From an uncultured delta proteobacterium (GTDB lineage: Bacteria > Myxococcota_A > UBA9160 > SMWR01), in assembly GCA_963832165.1 (NCBI GenBank), contig CAWHTE010000006.1, positions 1 to 64,000 on the forward strand: a DNA stretch of 64,000 nucleotides. Reading direction: 5' to 3'. Within the stretch, counting starts at the first letter, position 1. Every line of letters starts with the position of its first letter. Below the pieces are notes generated by a model that saw only the letters and a list, made by a program, of their open reading frames with translations, was not told the DNA's origin and searched no databases. This document shows, piece after piece, positions 38,588-47,562 of the stretch. Position numbers and translations under genes: made by a program.

Positions 38588-39355
38588 CTAGGCGGATCGG
38601 CGGCGGCCGAAGTAGCCGAGCCCGAAGAGACCGAGCAGCATCAGCACCGCCGTCTCGGGCTCCGGAACCACGCGCGCGCTGCCGTTGAACGTGTAGGTGT
38701 CGCCGCTGCCCGAGACCGAGAAGTTCAGGTCGAGGCGCATGAAGTCGTACAAGCCCGCCGGAATCGGGCCTGCGATGATCGCCGAGTTGAACGGACCGTG
38801 GGTGTCGGACGTGAGCGCGGGGTTCGAGTTGAACAGCGTGCCGAGATCGATGTCCGCGTTGGACAGTGACCCGCCGCCGTCGGTGGAGAGCGTGAACACC
38901 TGGATCTCGGGAATGCCGTCGGAGTCGGTCGGCACCGGAGACCCGAGCGGGGTGACGGTGACCAGGCCCGCGCCGCCGCCACCGTTCGTCGTGCTGCCCG
39001 ACATCGACGTGTTCACGGAGCCCGGCGCGGTCGTCAGCGTGATCGACTGGCTGAGCAGGACCGAGATCGCGAGCGCGCCACCCGTGTTGTTCACGACCGT
39101 CATGCCGTAGTCGATCACGGGATCCGGATCGAGGAGCGCGTCGATCGTGATGCTGTAGCCGTCACCCGTGATCGCGGGTGAACTGCAGCCCGCGGAGCCG
39201 GCGCAGTAGTAGCTCGACTTGTCGACGCCCTCGAGCGGAATCGAAATGGGCTCGGCCCCGTTGACGCTCACGGTGGCCGTGGTGACCGCGCTGGCGGCGG
39301 AGGCGGCGGCGAGGACGAGAAGTCCGGCCAGTAGGGAACGCTTGTGCAGCATCAT
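38588..39355 (-). CDS. PEP-CTERM protein (paralog B)
   Basis: Signal ending AASA; ends VPEPETAVLMLLGLFGLGYFGRRRSA. Confidence 0.92.
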   Translation of the reverse strand: MMLHKRSLLAGLLVLAAASAASAVTTATVSVNGAEPISIPLEGVDKSSYYCAGSAGCSSPAITGDGYSITIDALLDPDPVIDYGMTVVNNTGGALAISVLLSQSITLTTAPGSVNTSMSGSTTNGGGGAGLVTVTPLGSPVPTDSDGIPEIQVFTLSTDGGGSLSNADIDLGTLFNSNPALTSDTHGPFNSAIIAGPIPAGLYDFMRLDLNFSVSGSGDTYTFNGSARVVPEPETAVLMLLGLFGLGYFGRRRSA

Positions 39356-39430
39356 CAGCCCCTCTTTCCCGTATGGGCCTTCACGCAGACAGGCCCAGAG
39401 CCCCCTTCCCGTGTGGCTGTACTTTTCTAG

Positions 39431-39446
39431 AGCAATTTCCGGACCA
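39431..39446 (-). promoter_or_regulatory. Sigma54 (-24/-12) promoter
   Basis: TGGTCCGGAAATTGCT, GG-N10-GC spacing, 75 nt upstream of ATG 39355. Confidence 0.75.
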
Positions 39447-39595
39447 GCTCCAGAACTATTCCGGTTGGATCGAAAAAGTCTTTGATTCCGGTCGATTGAG
39501 CGCTTCTGGCGCACGCGGGCCGAGCGCGGGCCGGGGCAGAACTCCCGGACCGTTCCGCGATCGCGGAAAACCTTTTCCCGGAAGGCCTGCGCGAA

Positions 39596-40399
39596 TCAGC
39601 TCTGGCGGCGGCGGCGAAGGAGTCCGAAGCCGAGCAATCCGAGCGCGATCTCCAGTCCGGTCGAGACCTCGGGGACGATCGTGGCGTCGCCGTTGAACGT
39701 GAAGCGGTCGTTGCCGCCCGAGAGCGTGAAGTTCACGTCGACGCGCATGTCGGTGTAGTTGCCGCTGCCCGCCGGGCCTGCGACCGCCGCCGAGTTGAAC
39801 GGGCCGTAGGTGTCGGAGACGAGCCCGGGATTCGAGCTGAACGCGGGACCCAGATCGATCCCGACGTTCTGCCAGGTGACAGCGCCGTTGGTCGACAGCG
39901 AATACACCATGATCTCGTCGACCCCGCCGGGGTCCTGCGAGATCCCGGCGGGCGGCGCGTTCGGACTGATCGACACCACGCCCGTTACGCCGCCGCCGTT
40001 CGTGGTGCTGCCCGACAGCGAAGACGTCGCCACGCCAGGTGCCGGGGTCGGCACGATCGACTGGCTGAAAATGAATGAGAACGCCGAGGGCGCGCCGAAG
40101 TCGAGGACGTTCCCGTTGAACGTGATCACGGGATCCGTGTCGAACGTGATGTCGAGATCGGTGATCCCGAAGTCGCCGGGGAGGCACGCCGTGATACAGG
40201 TCCAGTTCGTGACGGTGCCGATCAGATCCCCGAGCGGTCCGGTGGAGGTTCGGATGTTGTTGATCGGGACGGTCACGGGCCCGAGCGGCCCCTCATAGAC
40301 GACTGCCGCATAGAAGCTTCCGACGGCCTGCGCAGGGGCGGAGCTGAAGAACGTCAGCGAAGCGACAGCGATCCACGCAGCGACAGCACGAACCCGCAT
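39596..40399 (-). CDS. PEP-CTERM protein (paralog A, VPEV variant)
   Basis: Signal ending APAQA; ends VPEVSTGLEIALGLLGFGLLRRRRQS; shares SGSTTNGGG and SDTxGPFNSA with paralog B. Confidence 0.9.
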   Translation of the reverse strand: MRVRAVAAWIAVASLTFFSSAPAQAVGSFYAAVVYEGPLGPVTVPINNIRTSTGPLGDLIGTVTNWTCITACLPGDFGITDLDITFDTDPVITFNGNVLDFGAPSAFSFIFSQSIVPTPAPGVATSSLSGSTTNGGGVTGVVSISPNAPPAGISQDPGGVDEIMVYSLSTNGAVTWQNVGIDLGPAFSSNPGLVSDTYGPFNSAAVAGPAGSGNYTDMRVDVNFTLSGGNDRFTFNGDATIVPEVSTGLEIALGLLGFGLLRRRRQS

Positions 40400-40487
40400 C
40401 CTATCCCCTTCCCCTTCGGGGCCGCCCACGCGCACACGGGCGGACCCGAGCTAGAGTGATCCTTCCCAGGAATCGCTCCAATCACAA

Positions 40488-40503
40488 AGCAATTTTCGGG
40501 CCA
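40488..40503 (-). promoter_or_regulatory. Sigma54 (-24/-12) promoter
   Basis: TGGCCCGAAAATTGCT, GG-N10-GC spacing, 88 nt upstream of ATG 40399. Confidence 0.78.
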
Positions 40504-40689
40504 CGCTCCATTTTCACCAGAGCGCAAAAAAAGCCCGTCGAATCCAGCCGTTACGGCGTCGCTCCCGGATCCGGCTCGAAAGTAGCCCCGCTTCTGGAGG
40601 GGCATTTCTCTTTTGGGGCAAATCTTTTCCGACCTGTTTACCGATGGTCGGATCCCTGTTTTGGGGCATTTCGCTCGCGCGAGCACTCG

Positions 40690-41760
40690 TTAGGGGTGGG
40701 ATGGCCGGGCCGGGAAAGGCACCCACTCGGTCACGCCCTCGACGCGAACGACCCGCGAATTCTCGGCGGCGCCGATCCGCACCGGGACCGCCCAGCGCAG
40801 CATCTCGACCGACTTGCTTCCCCTGGCCACCGCCTCCGGGACATTGCCGTCGGCGAACACGGTGCGCGGATCGACCCAGCCGAAGCGCGGCGCGCTCGTC
40901 AGGCGCTCCCAATGCGGCGCTGCGTCGGCCCGCGGCTCGAGCGCGAGGCTCGCCCCGCCGCGCAGACGCGCCACCTCGGCGAACGTCGCGCTGCGGAGGT
41001 TCGCGTCGACCCCGTCGGGTGAAAGCCGCACGAACGGCTCGCCGTCGCGCCCGAGCACGGTGATGGGCTCGGGCGAATCGTTCTGCAGCAGGAACGATCC
41101 GGCGCGCCCGGGCACGAGCGAGATGTGCACGTCCGGCGCGAGATCGGTGTCGGAGAGCAGGCGCGCCGCGAGCGCGCCCGTGCGCGGCGGCTGCGCGACG
41201 AAGCGGCCGCGCAGCGCGCTCGCGACGTCGCCGAGCCGCACCGGCACTTCGAAGCGGCGCGCGGCGTGCTTGCCCGGCTCGTGCTCTTCGGGAACTAGCC
41301 GCGCGTCGAACCATCCCCACGTCGGCTCGCGCTGCGCGCGGACCCAGTGCGCTGCCACCGCCTCGCCGCGCTTCAAGCGCTCGGACAGCTTCTTCGGAAC
41401 CTGTCCCTCCGGAGCGAGTCCGCGGTACCACGCGGGCGACGCGAGATTTCCCTCCACGCCAGCGGGACCGATTCGCACGAACGCGACTCCGCGCTCGTCG
41501 AGCACCTCGAGCACGCGGTCGGTGGTGTTCTCGATGACGAGCTGATACTCGACGGTGCGGTGTACCTGCGCGCGCACGCCCGCGAGCTCGGGCGCGAGCG
41601 GATCGAGCCGCGCCTCGACCTCTTTGTCGTCGGGGCTGGGTCCATGCGCGCGCGCGACGCCCGTAACCGACACGGCGCCGACGAGCGCGAGCGCCGCGAG
41701 CTGGAGGCCCGCTCGCCGCGCGATCGATCTACCGGCACGCTCCGACAATGCGGACCCCAC
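40690..41760 (-). CDS. Exported hypothetical protein with an internal domain duplication
   Basis: Signal ending ARA-H; two repeats of N..(V/T)VL...G..FVR(I/L).P.GV..NL.S followed by HW...P..GW.D.R. Confidence 0.78.
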   Translation of the reverse strand: MGSALSERAGRSIARRAGLQLAALALVGAVSVTGVARAHGPSPDDKEVEARLDPLAPELAGVRAQVHRTVEYQLVIENTTDRVLEVLDERGVAFVRIGPAGVEGNLASPAWYRGLAPEGQVPKKLSERLKRGEAVAAHWVRAQREPTWGWFDARLVPEEHEPGKHAARRFEVPVRLGDVASALRGRFVAQPPRTGALAARLLSDTDLAPDVHISLVPGRAGSFLLQNDSPEPITVLGRDGEPFVRLSPDGVDANLRSATFAEVARLRGGASLALEPRADAAPHWERLTSAPRFGWVDPRTVFADGNVPEAVARGSKSVEMLRWAVPVRIGAAENSRVVRVEGVTEWVPFPARPSHP

Positions 41761-42984
41761 TCAGCGACGCGCGTCGCTCGGCTCCTGCGAAACGGTCACG
41801 GGCGCCACCTCGCGCACCGCGCGCAGCTTCTGGCGCGCGAGCGCTGCGGCGCCGGAGCGATCGGGCAGCCGGAAGCCGGTGTAGAGCACGCGCCGCTCGC
41901 GCCCGACCGGCGGCTGCGCCATGTGCAGCGTGCACGAGAGGTGCACCGTGATGTCGCCCTTCTGCGTCGGCAGCGCGTGATCGGGCAGATCGAGGCCGGG
42001 CTGCGCGAACGCGGGCCAGCACAGCGCGCGGTGCGATCCCGGTCGCACGCGCAGCTGTCCCGAATCTTCGGCGGCGCCGGTCACCGAGATGCCCGTCGTG
42101 AGATTCGAGCAGTCGTAGCTGTGGCGCCCGAGCGAGCAGTCCTTGTGCCAGGGCACGTCGGAGATGCCCTGCACGACCCCGATCGGTTTGAACAGCGCCT
42201 CGACGCGGTTGCCCCCCACCGTGGGGTGGTAGTGGCCGTCGCCCGTGAGCTCGCCGATCCGCAAGAACGCAGGGCCGTCGAGCAGTTCCACCGTGACCGC
42301 GGACCTCGCGTCGAAGCTCTGCATGCGCACGAGCCGCCGCGACCCGTCGCCCATCGTCACCCACCAGCTGCAGCCGTCGCCGTCGCGATAGTCGGCGACC
42401 GCGGCGTCCATGTCGGCGGAGATCTGATCCATGAGCGCCGGGTCGAGCCAGCCGCGCAGGTGCAGGAAGCCGGCTTCGTGCAGGAAGTGGCTCATCTCCG
42501 CGGGATCGTCGTCGGGGAGGAACCCGCGCCCCAGGTCGAGCGGCGATCCGTCGCGCGCGCGAAATGCGACACTTCTGGGTGTATGGATCGCGCGGCCGTC
42601 GAGCGCCGCGCGCAGGACGAGCCACCAGTCGAGCAGATGGCCGAGCCCACCTCCGGAGACGGTTAGCTGCCCGGAGCTGAACATCGCCATCGGCGTCGAC
42701 TGATCGCGAACGAAGTCAGCGAAAGCCTCCGGAGACAGCTGCCACACCACGCTGCCCTCGGGACCGGAGCCCGTCGCGACCTCCGCTCCGTCGCCGCGCC
42801 AGCACACGGTCGCGCGCGTCTCGGACGTCGCGATCTCGAGCGGGCGCAGGCGCAGGCGCGCGGCGCCCGGAGCGACCTTCTCCCGGTGCACCGCGAGCGC
42901 TTCGGGCAGCGTCTCGCGGAAGAACCGCTCCGCGTCGAGCGGCGGAGCCGGTCCGTCGTCGCGCGTGCGGACGTCGACGCTCAC
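41761..42984 (-). CDS. PhyH-like Fe(II)/2-oxoglutarate dioxygenase with N-terminal extension
   Basis: FLHEAGFLHLRG, PWHKD, GQLRVRPGSH, GDITVH..TLHMA. Confidence 0.8.
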   Translation of the reverse strand: MSVDVRTRDDGPAPPLDAERFFRETLPEALAVHREKVAPGAARLRLRPLEIATSETRATVCWRGDGAEVATGSGPEGSVVWQLSPEAFADFVRDQSTPMAMFSSGQLTVSGGGLGHLLDWWLVLRAALDGRAIHTPRSVAFRARDGSPLDLGRGFLPDDDPAEMSHFLHEAGFLHLRGWLDPALMDQISADMDAAVADYRDGDGCSWWVTMGDGSRRLVRMQSFDARSAVTVELLDGPAFLRIGELTGDGHYHPTVGGNRVEALFKPIGVVQGISDVPWHKDCSLGRHSYDCSNLTTGISVTGAAEDSGQLRVRPGSHRALCWPAFAQPGLDLPDHALPTQKGDITVHLSCTLHMAQPPVGRERRVLYTGFRLPDRSGAAALARQKLRAVREVAPVTVSQEPSDARR

Positions 42985-42994
42985 GGATGCTCCG

Positions 42995-43804
42995 CTAGAG
43001 GAGTCCCTGGCGCACTCCGACGTGCACCTCGCCGCAGTAGCCGTAGTCGACCTCGAGCGCGATCCCCGAGACGAAGCGCGCCGCATCGCTGTTCAACAGG
43101 ATCAGCGGATCGCCCATCTCGGCCGCGGTCGCGGGGCGTCCGATCGGCGCCTGGAAGAAGCGCTCGAGATTCTGCTGGCCGCCCGCCTGCTCGTAGAACT
43201 GGGGCAGCATCGGCGTTTCCGTCGGACACGGAAGCAGTGCGTTCATGCGGATCTCGCGCGACACGAGCTGCGACGCGCGCAGCTTGGTGTAGACGATCAG
43301 CGCCTGCTTCGAGCCGAGGTAGCCGTTGGCGATGTCCGGATTCGCCTTGCACCACTCGACGGCGCTCTCGAACGTGGGCGTTTCGCACAGCTCGCGCAGC
43401 TTCGCGAGATTCTTCGGATAGCCCACGCCCGCCACCGAGCTGATCAGCGCCACGGCCCCGCCGCGCGGAACCTGAGGCAGGAGCGCCTCGATCACCTGGC
43501 GCACACCGACGAAGTTCACGGTCATCGTGGTGAGCGCGTCGAAGCGCGGCGGACCCGGCACGCCCGCACACACGAACACCTTCGGGACCTCGCCGCCGAT
43601 CTGGCGCACCGCGGCCTCGATCGATTTCGGCTTGGTGATGTCGACCTCGATCGCCTGCTTCACGGGCAGCGAGATCGGCGCGATGTCGAGCGCGATCACC
43701 TCCGCGCCCATCTCCACGAGCGCGCTCGCGCACGCGGCGCCCATACCCGTCGCGGCGCCGACCACCACGCAGCGCGTTCCCTCGTAGCCCAGGATGTCCT
43801 TCAC
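42995..43804 (-). CDS. SDR family oxidoreductase
   Basis: VVGAATGMG, ISSVAG, YLGSK, P.PTETPM; GGAGGAGG RBS. Confidence 0.92.
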   Translation of the reverse strand: MKDILGYEGTRCVVVGAATGMGAACASALVEMGAEVIALDIAPISLPVKQAIEVDITKPKSIEAAVRQIGGEVPKVFVCAGVPGPPRFDALTTMTVNFVGVRQVIEALLPQVPRGGAVALISSVAGVGYPKNLAKLRELCETPTFESAVEWCKANPDIANGYLGSKQALIVYTKLRASQLVSREIRMNALLPCPTETPMLPQFYEQAGGQQNLERFFQAPIGRPATAAEMGDPLILLNSDAARFVSGIALEVDYGYCGEVHVGVRQGLL

Positions 43805-43858
43805 GTTCGCGTCCTCCTCCGCCGGGCGGACCACCGCCGAGCGAGAACGCTAACGCGT

Positions 43859-44059
43859 CTAGTGGAGTCGCGCGCGCCAGATACGCGCGAGGTCGCGCAG
43901 CGCGCCCTCGAGCGAGGGGTGGTCGTGGCGCCGCGTCGCGCGGCGCGAGTCGCTGTCCTCGACCACGTAGCCGCGCGCGTCGCGATCGTGACGGCGCACG
44001 CGCACGGTGCGTGCCCCCTCGCGCAGACGGGCTCCGAATACGAGCGGTCGAACGGCCAT
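43859..44059 (-). CDS. Small hypothetical protein
   Basis: GGAGGT RBS before ATG 44059; 66 aa. Confidence 0.55.
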   Translation of the reverse strand: MAVRPLVFGARLREGARTVRVRRHDRDARGYVVEDSDSRRATRRHDHPSLEGALRDLARIWRARLH

Positions 44060-44302
44060 CGCTACCTCCCGGGGCGCTTTGTGCGCCATGCCGAACCGAT
44101 CGACCCGCGCGCGGGAGTTCTTGAGCAGAAATCACGCGTTGGCGAAAAACCTGCGCACGAATGAGGGGTTGGCGCTGCGGCCCGGCTCACGATCGGGGTG
44201 CGCCAGCGGCCCTCCGACCGCTGCGCTTGTACTCTCTGCCGCCACGATTCTCACCACGGCGCATCGTTGCGTCGGAGTGCGAACGGGCCCAGGAGGGGTG
44301 GA

Positions 44303-45424
44303 TTGGCCGAGTGCGTGATCTCCGGGACGGGGCTCTGGGTGCCGCCCGATCGGATCTCCAACGCGGAGCTCGTCGCATCGCTCTCGGCGGCGACCGAGCG
44401 CTGGAACCTCGAGCACAAGGCCGAGATCGAGGCGGGCACCTGCGAGGCGCGCGACCTGCCGAACGAGCGCTTCATCGTGAAGGCCTCGGGTGTCGAGAAC
44501 CGCTACGTGATCGACAAGCAGGGCGTGCTCGACCCGGAGCGGCTGCGCCCGCACCTGCCCACGCGCTCGGAGGACCAGCCCGGGATCCAGTGCGAGATCT
44601 CCGTGGCCGCGGCGCGCGAGGCGCTCGCCCAGGCCCGGCGCGCGCCCGAAGAGGTCGATCTCGTGCTCGTCGCATGCTCGAATCTGCAGCGCGCATATCC
44701 CGCGGTCGCCATCGAGGTGCAGCACGCGCTCGGCGCTTCGGGCTTCGCCTACGACCTCAACGTCGCCTGCTCCTCGGCCACGTTCGGCATGCAGGCGGCG
44801 GTGGACGCGGTGGCGCGCGGCCATGCCCGCTGCGCGCTCGTCCTGAACCCGGAGCTCACGTCCGGCCACACCAACTTCTCGCTGCGCGACTACCACTTCA
44901 TCTTCGGCGACGCCTGCACCGCGACCGTGATCGAACCCGCGGACGCGTGCCGTGCGGACGCGCCGTTCACGGTGCTCGGCACGCGCCTCGCCACGCGCTT
45001 CTCGAACAACATCCGCAACGACTTCGGCTTCCTGAACTGGTGCGAGGACGATCCGCGCGATCCGAACGAGCTGGTGTTCCGCCAGAACGGCCGCAGGGTG
45101 TTCCGAGAGGTGTGCCCGATGGTGGCGGAGCTGATCCGCGACCACCTCGCGGAGCTCGGCATCGCGCCGAGCCAGGTGCGGCGCTTCTGGCTGCACCAGG
45201 CCAACCTCGCGATGAATCAGCTGATCGCGAAGACCGTGCTGAAGCGACCCGCCGAGCCCGATGAGGCGCCCGTGATCCTCGACGAGTTCGCGAACACGAG
45301 CTCCGCGGGATCGGTGATCGCGTTCCACCGCAAGCGCGCGGACTTCGCGCCGGGCGACCTCGGCGTGATCTGCTCGTTCGGCGCGGGCTATTCGATCGGC
45401 AGCGTCGTCGTCCGCCGTCAGTAG
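44303..45424 (+). CDS. Beta-ketoacyl-ACP synthase III (FabH-like)
   Basis: ISGTG, VACSSATFG, FIFGD, HQAN, ANTSSA, SFGAG; AGGAGG RBS + TTG start. Confidence 0.93.
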   Translation: MAECVISGTGLWVPPDRISNAELVASLSAATERWNLEHKAEIEAGTCEARDLPNERFIVKASGVENRYVIDKQGVLDPERLRPHLPTRSEDQPGIQCEISVAAAREALAQARRAPEEVDLVLVACSNLQRAYPAVAIEVQHALGASGFAYDLNVACSSATFGMQAAVDAVARGHARCALVLNPELTSGHTNFSLRDYHFIFGDACTATVIEPADACRADAPFTVLGTRLATRFSNNIRNDFGFLNWCEDDPRDPNELVFRQNGRRVFREVCPMVAELIRDHLAELGIAPSQVRRFWLHQANLAMNQLIAKTVLKRPAEPDEAPVILDEFANTSSAGSVIAFHRKRADFAPGDLGVICSFGAGYSIGSVVVRRQ

Positions 45425-45816
45425 CGCGGCTCGAGGCGGATCGGGACGTCGTCGCGGCGCCAGAACCATGCCGCCGCGAGATCGATCGAGCCGTACTTGG
45501 CCCGGAACAGCGCGTCGACGTGCTCGTGGTCGCCCTCGCCGTTCCACACCACGGCGTGATAGGCGACGTCGACATCGCCGCGGCGCACCACCACTTCGGG
45601 GTTCTCGCGCACCGACGCGAGCCACATCCGGTCGGGCCGCTCGGCGCGCACCCAGGCCGAGGGCGGGTCGTCCACGATGAACAGGCGCGGATAGTAGTCG
45701 CTGTATCCACCCGACGCGTGCAGCGTCACGACCTCGACGTTCTTCTGGCTCCAGTCGTATGCCCCGTAGCCGAGCGCGGAGCACAACACGACGGCGAGAG
45801 TGGTCTTCCGCGTCAC
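45418..45816 (-). CDS. Hypothetical anchored protein (split-barrel/DUF2255-like)
   Basis: N-terminal hydrophobic segment; W....RENPEV, FRAKYG, PIRLEP. Confidence 0.6.
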   Translation of the reverse strand: MTRKTTLAVVLCSALGYGAYDWSQKNVEVVTLHASGGYSDYYPRLFIVDDPPSAWVRAERPDRMWLASVRENPEVVVRRGDVDVAYHAVVWNGEGDHEHVDALFRAKYGSIDLAAAWFWRRDDVPIRLEPRY

Positions 45817-45859
45817 GATATTTGGCCCGCCCTTCCTCCCTGGTTCGGCAGGCCGGGAA

Positions 45860-46585
45860 CTAGCCTGTACCTCCCGCGGGTGCCGGGCGCGCGAGCGCCG
45901 CCATGAACAGGGCCGTGTAGTGCTCGCGCAGCTCGCCGCGCGGCGTCGCGGCGGCGCCCGCGGAGAGGCGCGCGAGCTTGCGGCAGAGCGCGGGCGCGCG
46001 CGCGCGCAGATCCGGCTCGTGCGCGGCCTGGAACTCCGCGACGGCCACGCGCGTCCAGCGCCCGCGGAACAGCGCGCGCACGCGCGCGTAGGCGTACGCG
46101 CGCTCGATGAAGTGCTCGCGCTGCGCCCGATCGGAGAGCTGCGCCTCGTCGATGATCGGCAGATGGGGAAACGCGTCGCGCAGGCCCCGAGCGTAGAGCC
46201 CCGTGCCGGTGCGCCGCGTGCGACCCGCCGCGTGGACCTTCACGCGCGCAATCCCGCAGCTCGGGGAGTCCTTCTTGAATACGTAGCCGCACAGATCGAG
46301 TGTGCGCAGCGAGCGCACGCGCGCGGCGGTGAGGCGCTGGAGCGCGCGCGTGTGGTCGCGGCCGCTCGCGATCTCGACGAGTCGCACGCCGTCCGCATCG
46401 CGCACGAGTCGCATCGGCGGGCGCGGCACGCCCAGGCCGGCTTCGAGCTCGGGGCACACCGGCACCCATTCCACGAATCGGCCGAGCCGATCGCAGACCG
46501 CGCGGTCGCGCTTGTGCCCGCCGTCGTAGCGCACGCGCTCGCCGAGCAGACAACTCGAGACGCCGAGTCGGATCGTGGACTGCAC
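45860..46585 (-). CDS. DUF523/DUF1722 (YbbK/YbgA) family protein
   Basis: GVSSCLLGERVRYDGGH, VCPELEAGLGVPR, KKDSPSCG. Confidence 0.92.
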   Translation of the reverse strand: MQSTIRLGVSSCLLGERVRYDGGHKRDRAVCDRLGRFVEWVPVCPELEAGLGVPRPPMRLVRDADGVRLVEIASGRDHTRALQRLTAARVRSLRTLDLCGYVFKKDSPSCGIARVKVHAAGRTRRTGTGLYARGLRDAFPHLPIIDEAQLSDRAQREHFIERAYAYARVRALFRGRWTRVAVAEFQAAHEPDLRARAPALCRKLARLSAGAAATPRGELREHYTALFMAALARPAPAGGTG

Positions 46586-46634
46586 GCGCGACGGCGAAGG
46601 TAGCGGTCCCCGCGATCGAAGCGATACTGACCCG

Positions 46635-47543
46635 ATGGCAGAACTCATCCTCCACCACTACGAAGTCTCGCCCTACTCCGAGAAGGTGAGGCTCATGTTC
46701 GGGCTGAAGGGACTCGCGTGGCGATCGGTGCAGATCCCGATCGTGATGCCGAAGCCCGACTACACCGAGCTCACGGGCGGATACCGACGTACGCCGATGA
46801 TGCAGATCGGCGCGGACATCTACTGCGATTCGAAGCTGTGCGCGCAGGTGCTCGAGCGCCTGCACCCGACGCCGAGCCTGTTTCCGACGAGCGACGTCGC
46901 GACCGTCTGGGGTCTCGCGCGCTGGGCCGAGACGGGCTTCATGATGGCGATCCTGGTGTTCTTCGGATCCGGCGCGGTGTTCGACGAGGCGTTCATCGAA
47001 GACCGCAAGAAGATGGCGCCTGGGCTCGACCTCGACAGGATCAAGGCGATCGTCCCGGCCAAGCTGCTCCAGCTCTCGTCGAACCTCGACCGGCTCGAGC
47101 GCCAGCTCGGCGACGATCGCGCCTTCCTGCTCGGCGCGTCTCCGTCGCTCGCGGATCTCGCCGCCTATCACACCACCTACATTCTCGACAACAACCCGCT
47201 GACCGCCGCGCTGCTCGAGCGCCGCACGTACATTCGCAGGTGGCTCGGGCGCGTCGCCGCGATCGGGCACGGCGAGCGCAAGGAGCTCGACTCGGCCGAC
47301 GCGGTGGCGATCGCACACGATGCGACGCCGGCGCCGTACGAGGGCGTTCCCGCGGCGCTGCCCGACGGCATCGCCTACGGCGACCGCGTCGTCGTGCTGC
47401 CCGAGGAGATCGGGTCCGGCGCGGTGAGCGGAGAGCTCGTGCCCTCGGACGTGCACGAGATCGCGGTGCGGCGCCGAACCGAGCGCGCGGGTGAAGTCGT
47501 CGTCCACTTCCCGCGCGAGGACTACATGGTGGTCCGGACGTAA
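46635..47543 (+). CDS. Glutathione S-transferase family protein
   Basis: HHYEVSPYSEKVR, LTGGYRRTPMMQIGADIYCDS, SLADLAAY. Confidence 0.93.
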   Translation: MAELILHHYEVSPYSEKVRLMFGLKGLAWRSVQIPIVMPKPDYTELTGGYRRTPMMQIGADIYCDSKLCAQVLERLHPTPSLFPTSDVATVWGLARWAETGFMMAILVFFGSGAVFDEAFIEDRKKMAPGLDLDRIKAIVPAKLLQLSSNLDRLERQLGDDRAFLLGASPSLADLAAYHTTYILDNNPLTAALLERRTYIRRWLGRVAAIGHGERKELDSADAVAIAHDATPAPYEGVPAALPDGIAYGDRVVVLPEEIGSGAVSGELVPSDVHEIAVRRRTERAGEVVVHFPREDYMVVRT

Positions 47544-47562
47544 GCGCGAAGGCCCGACAAAG

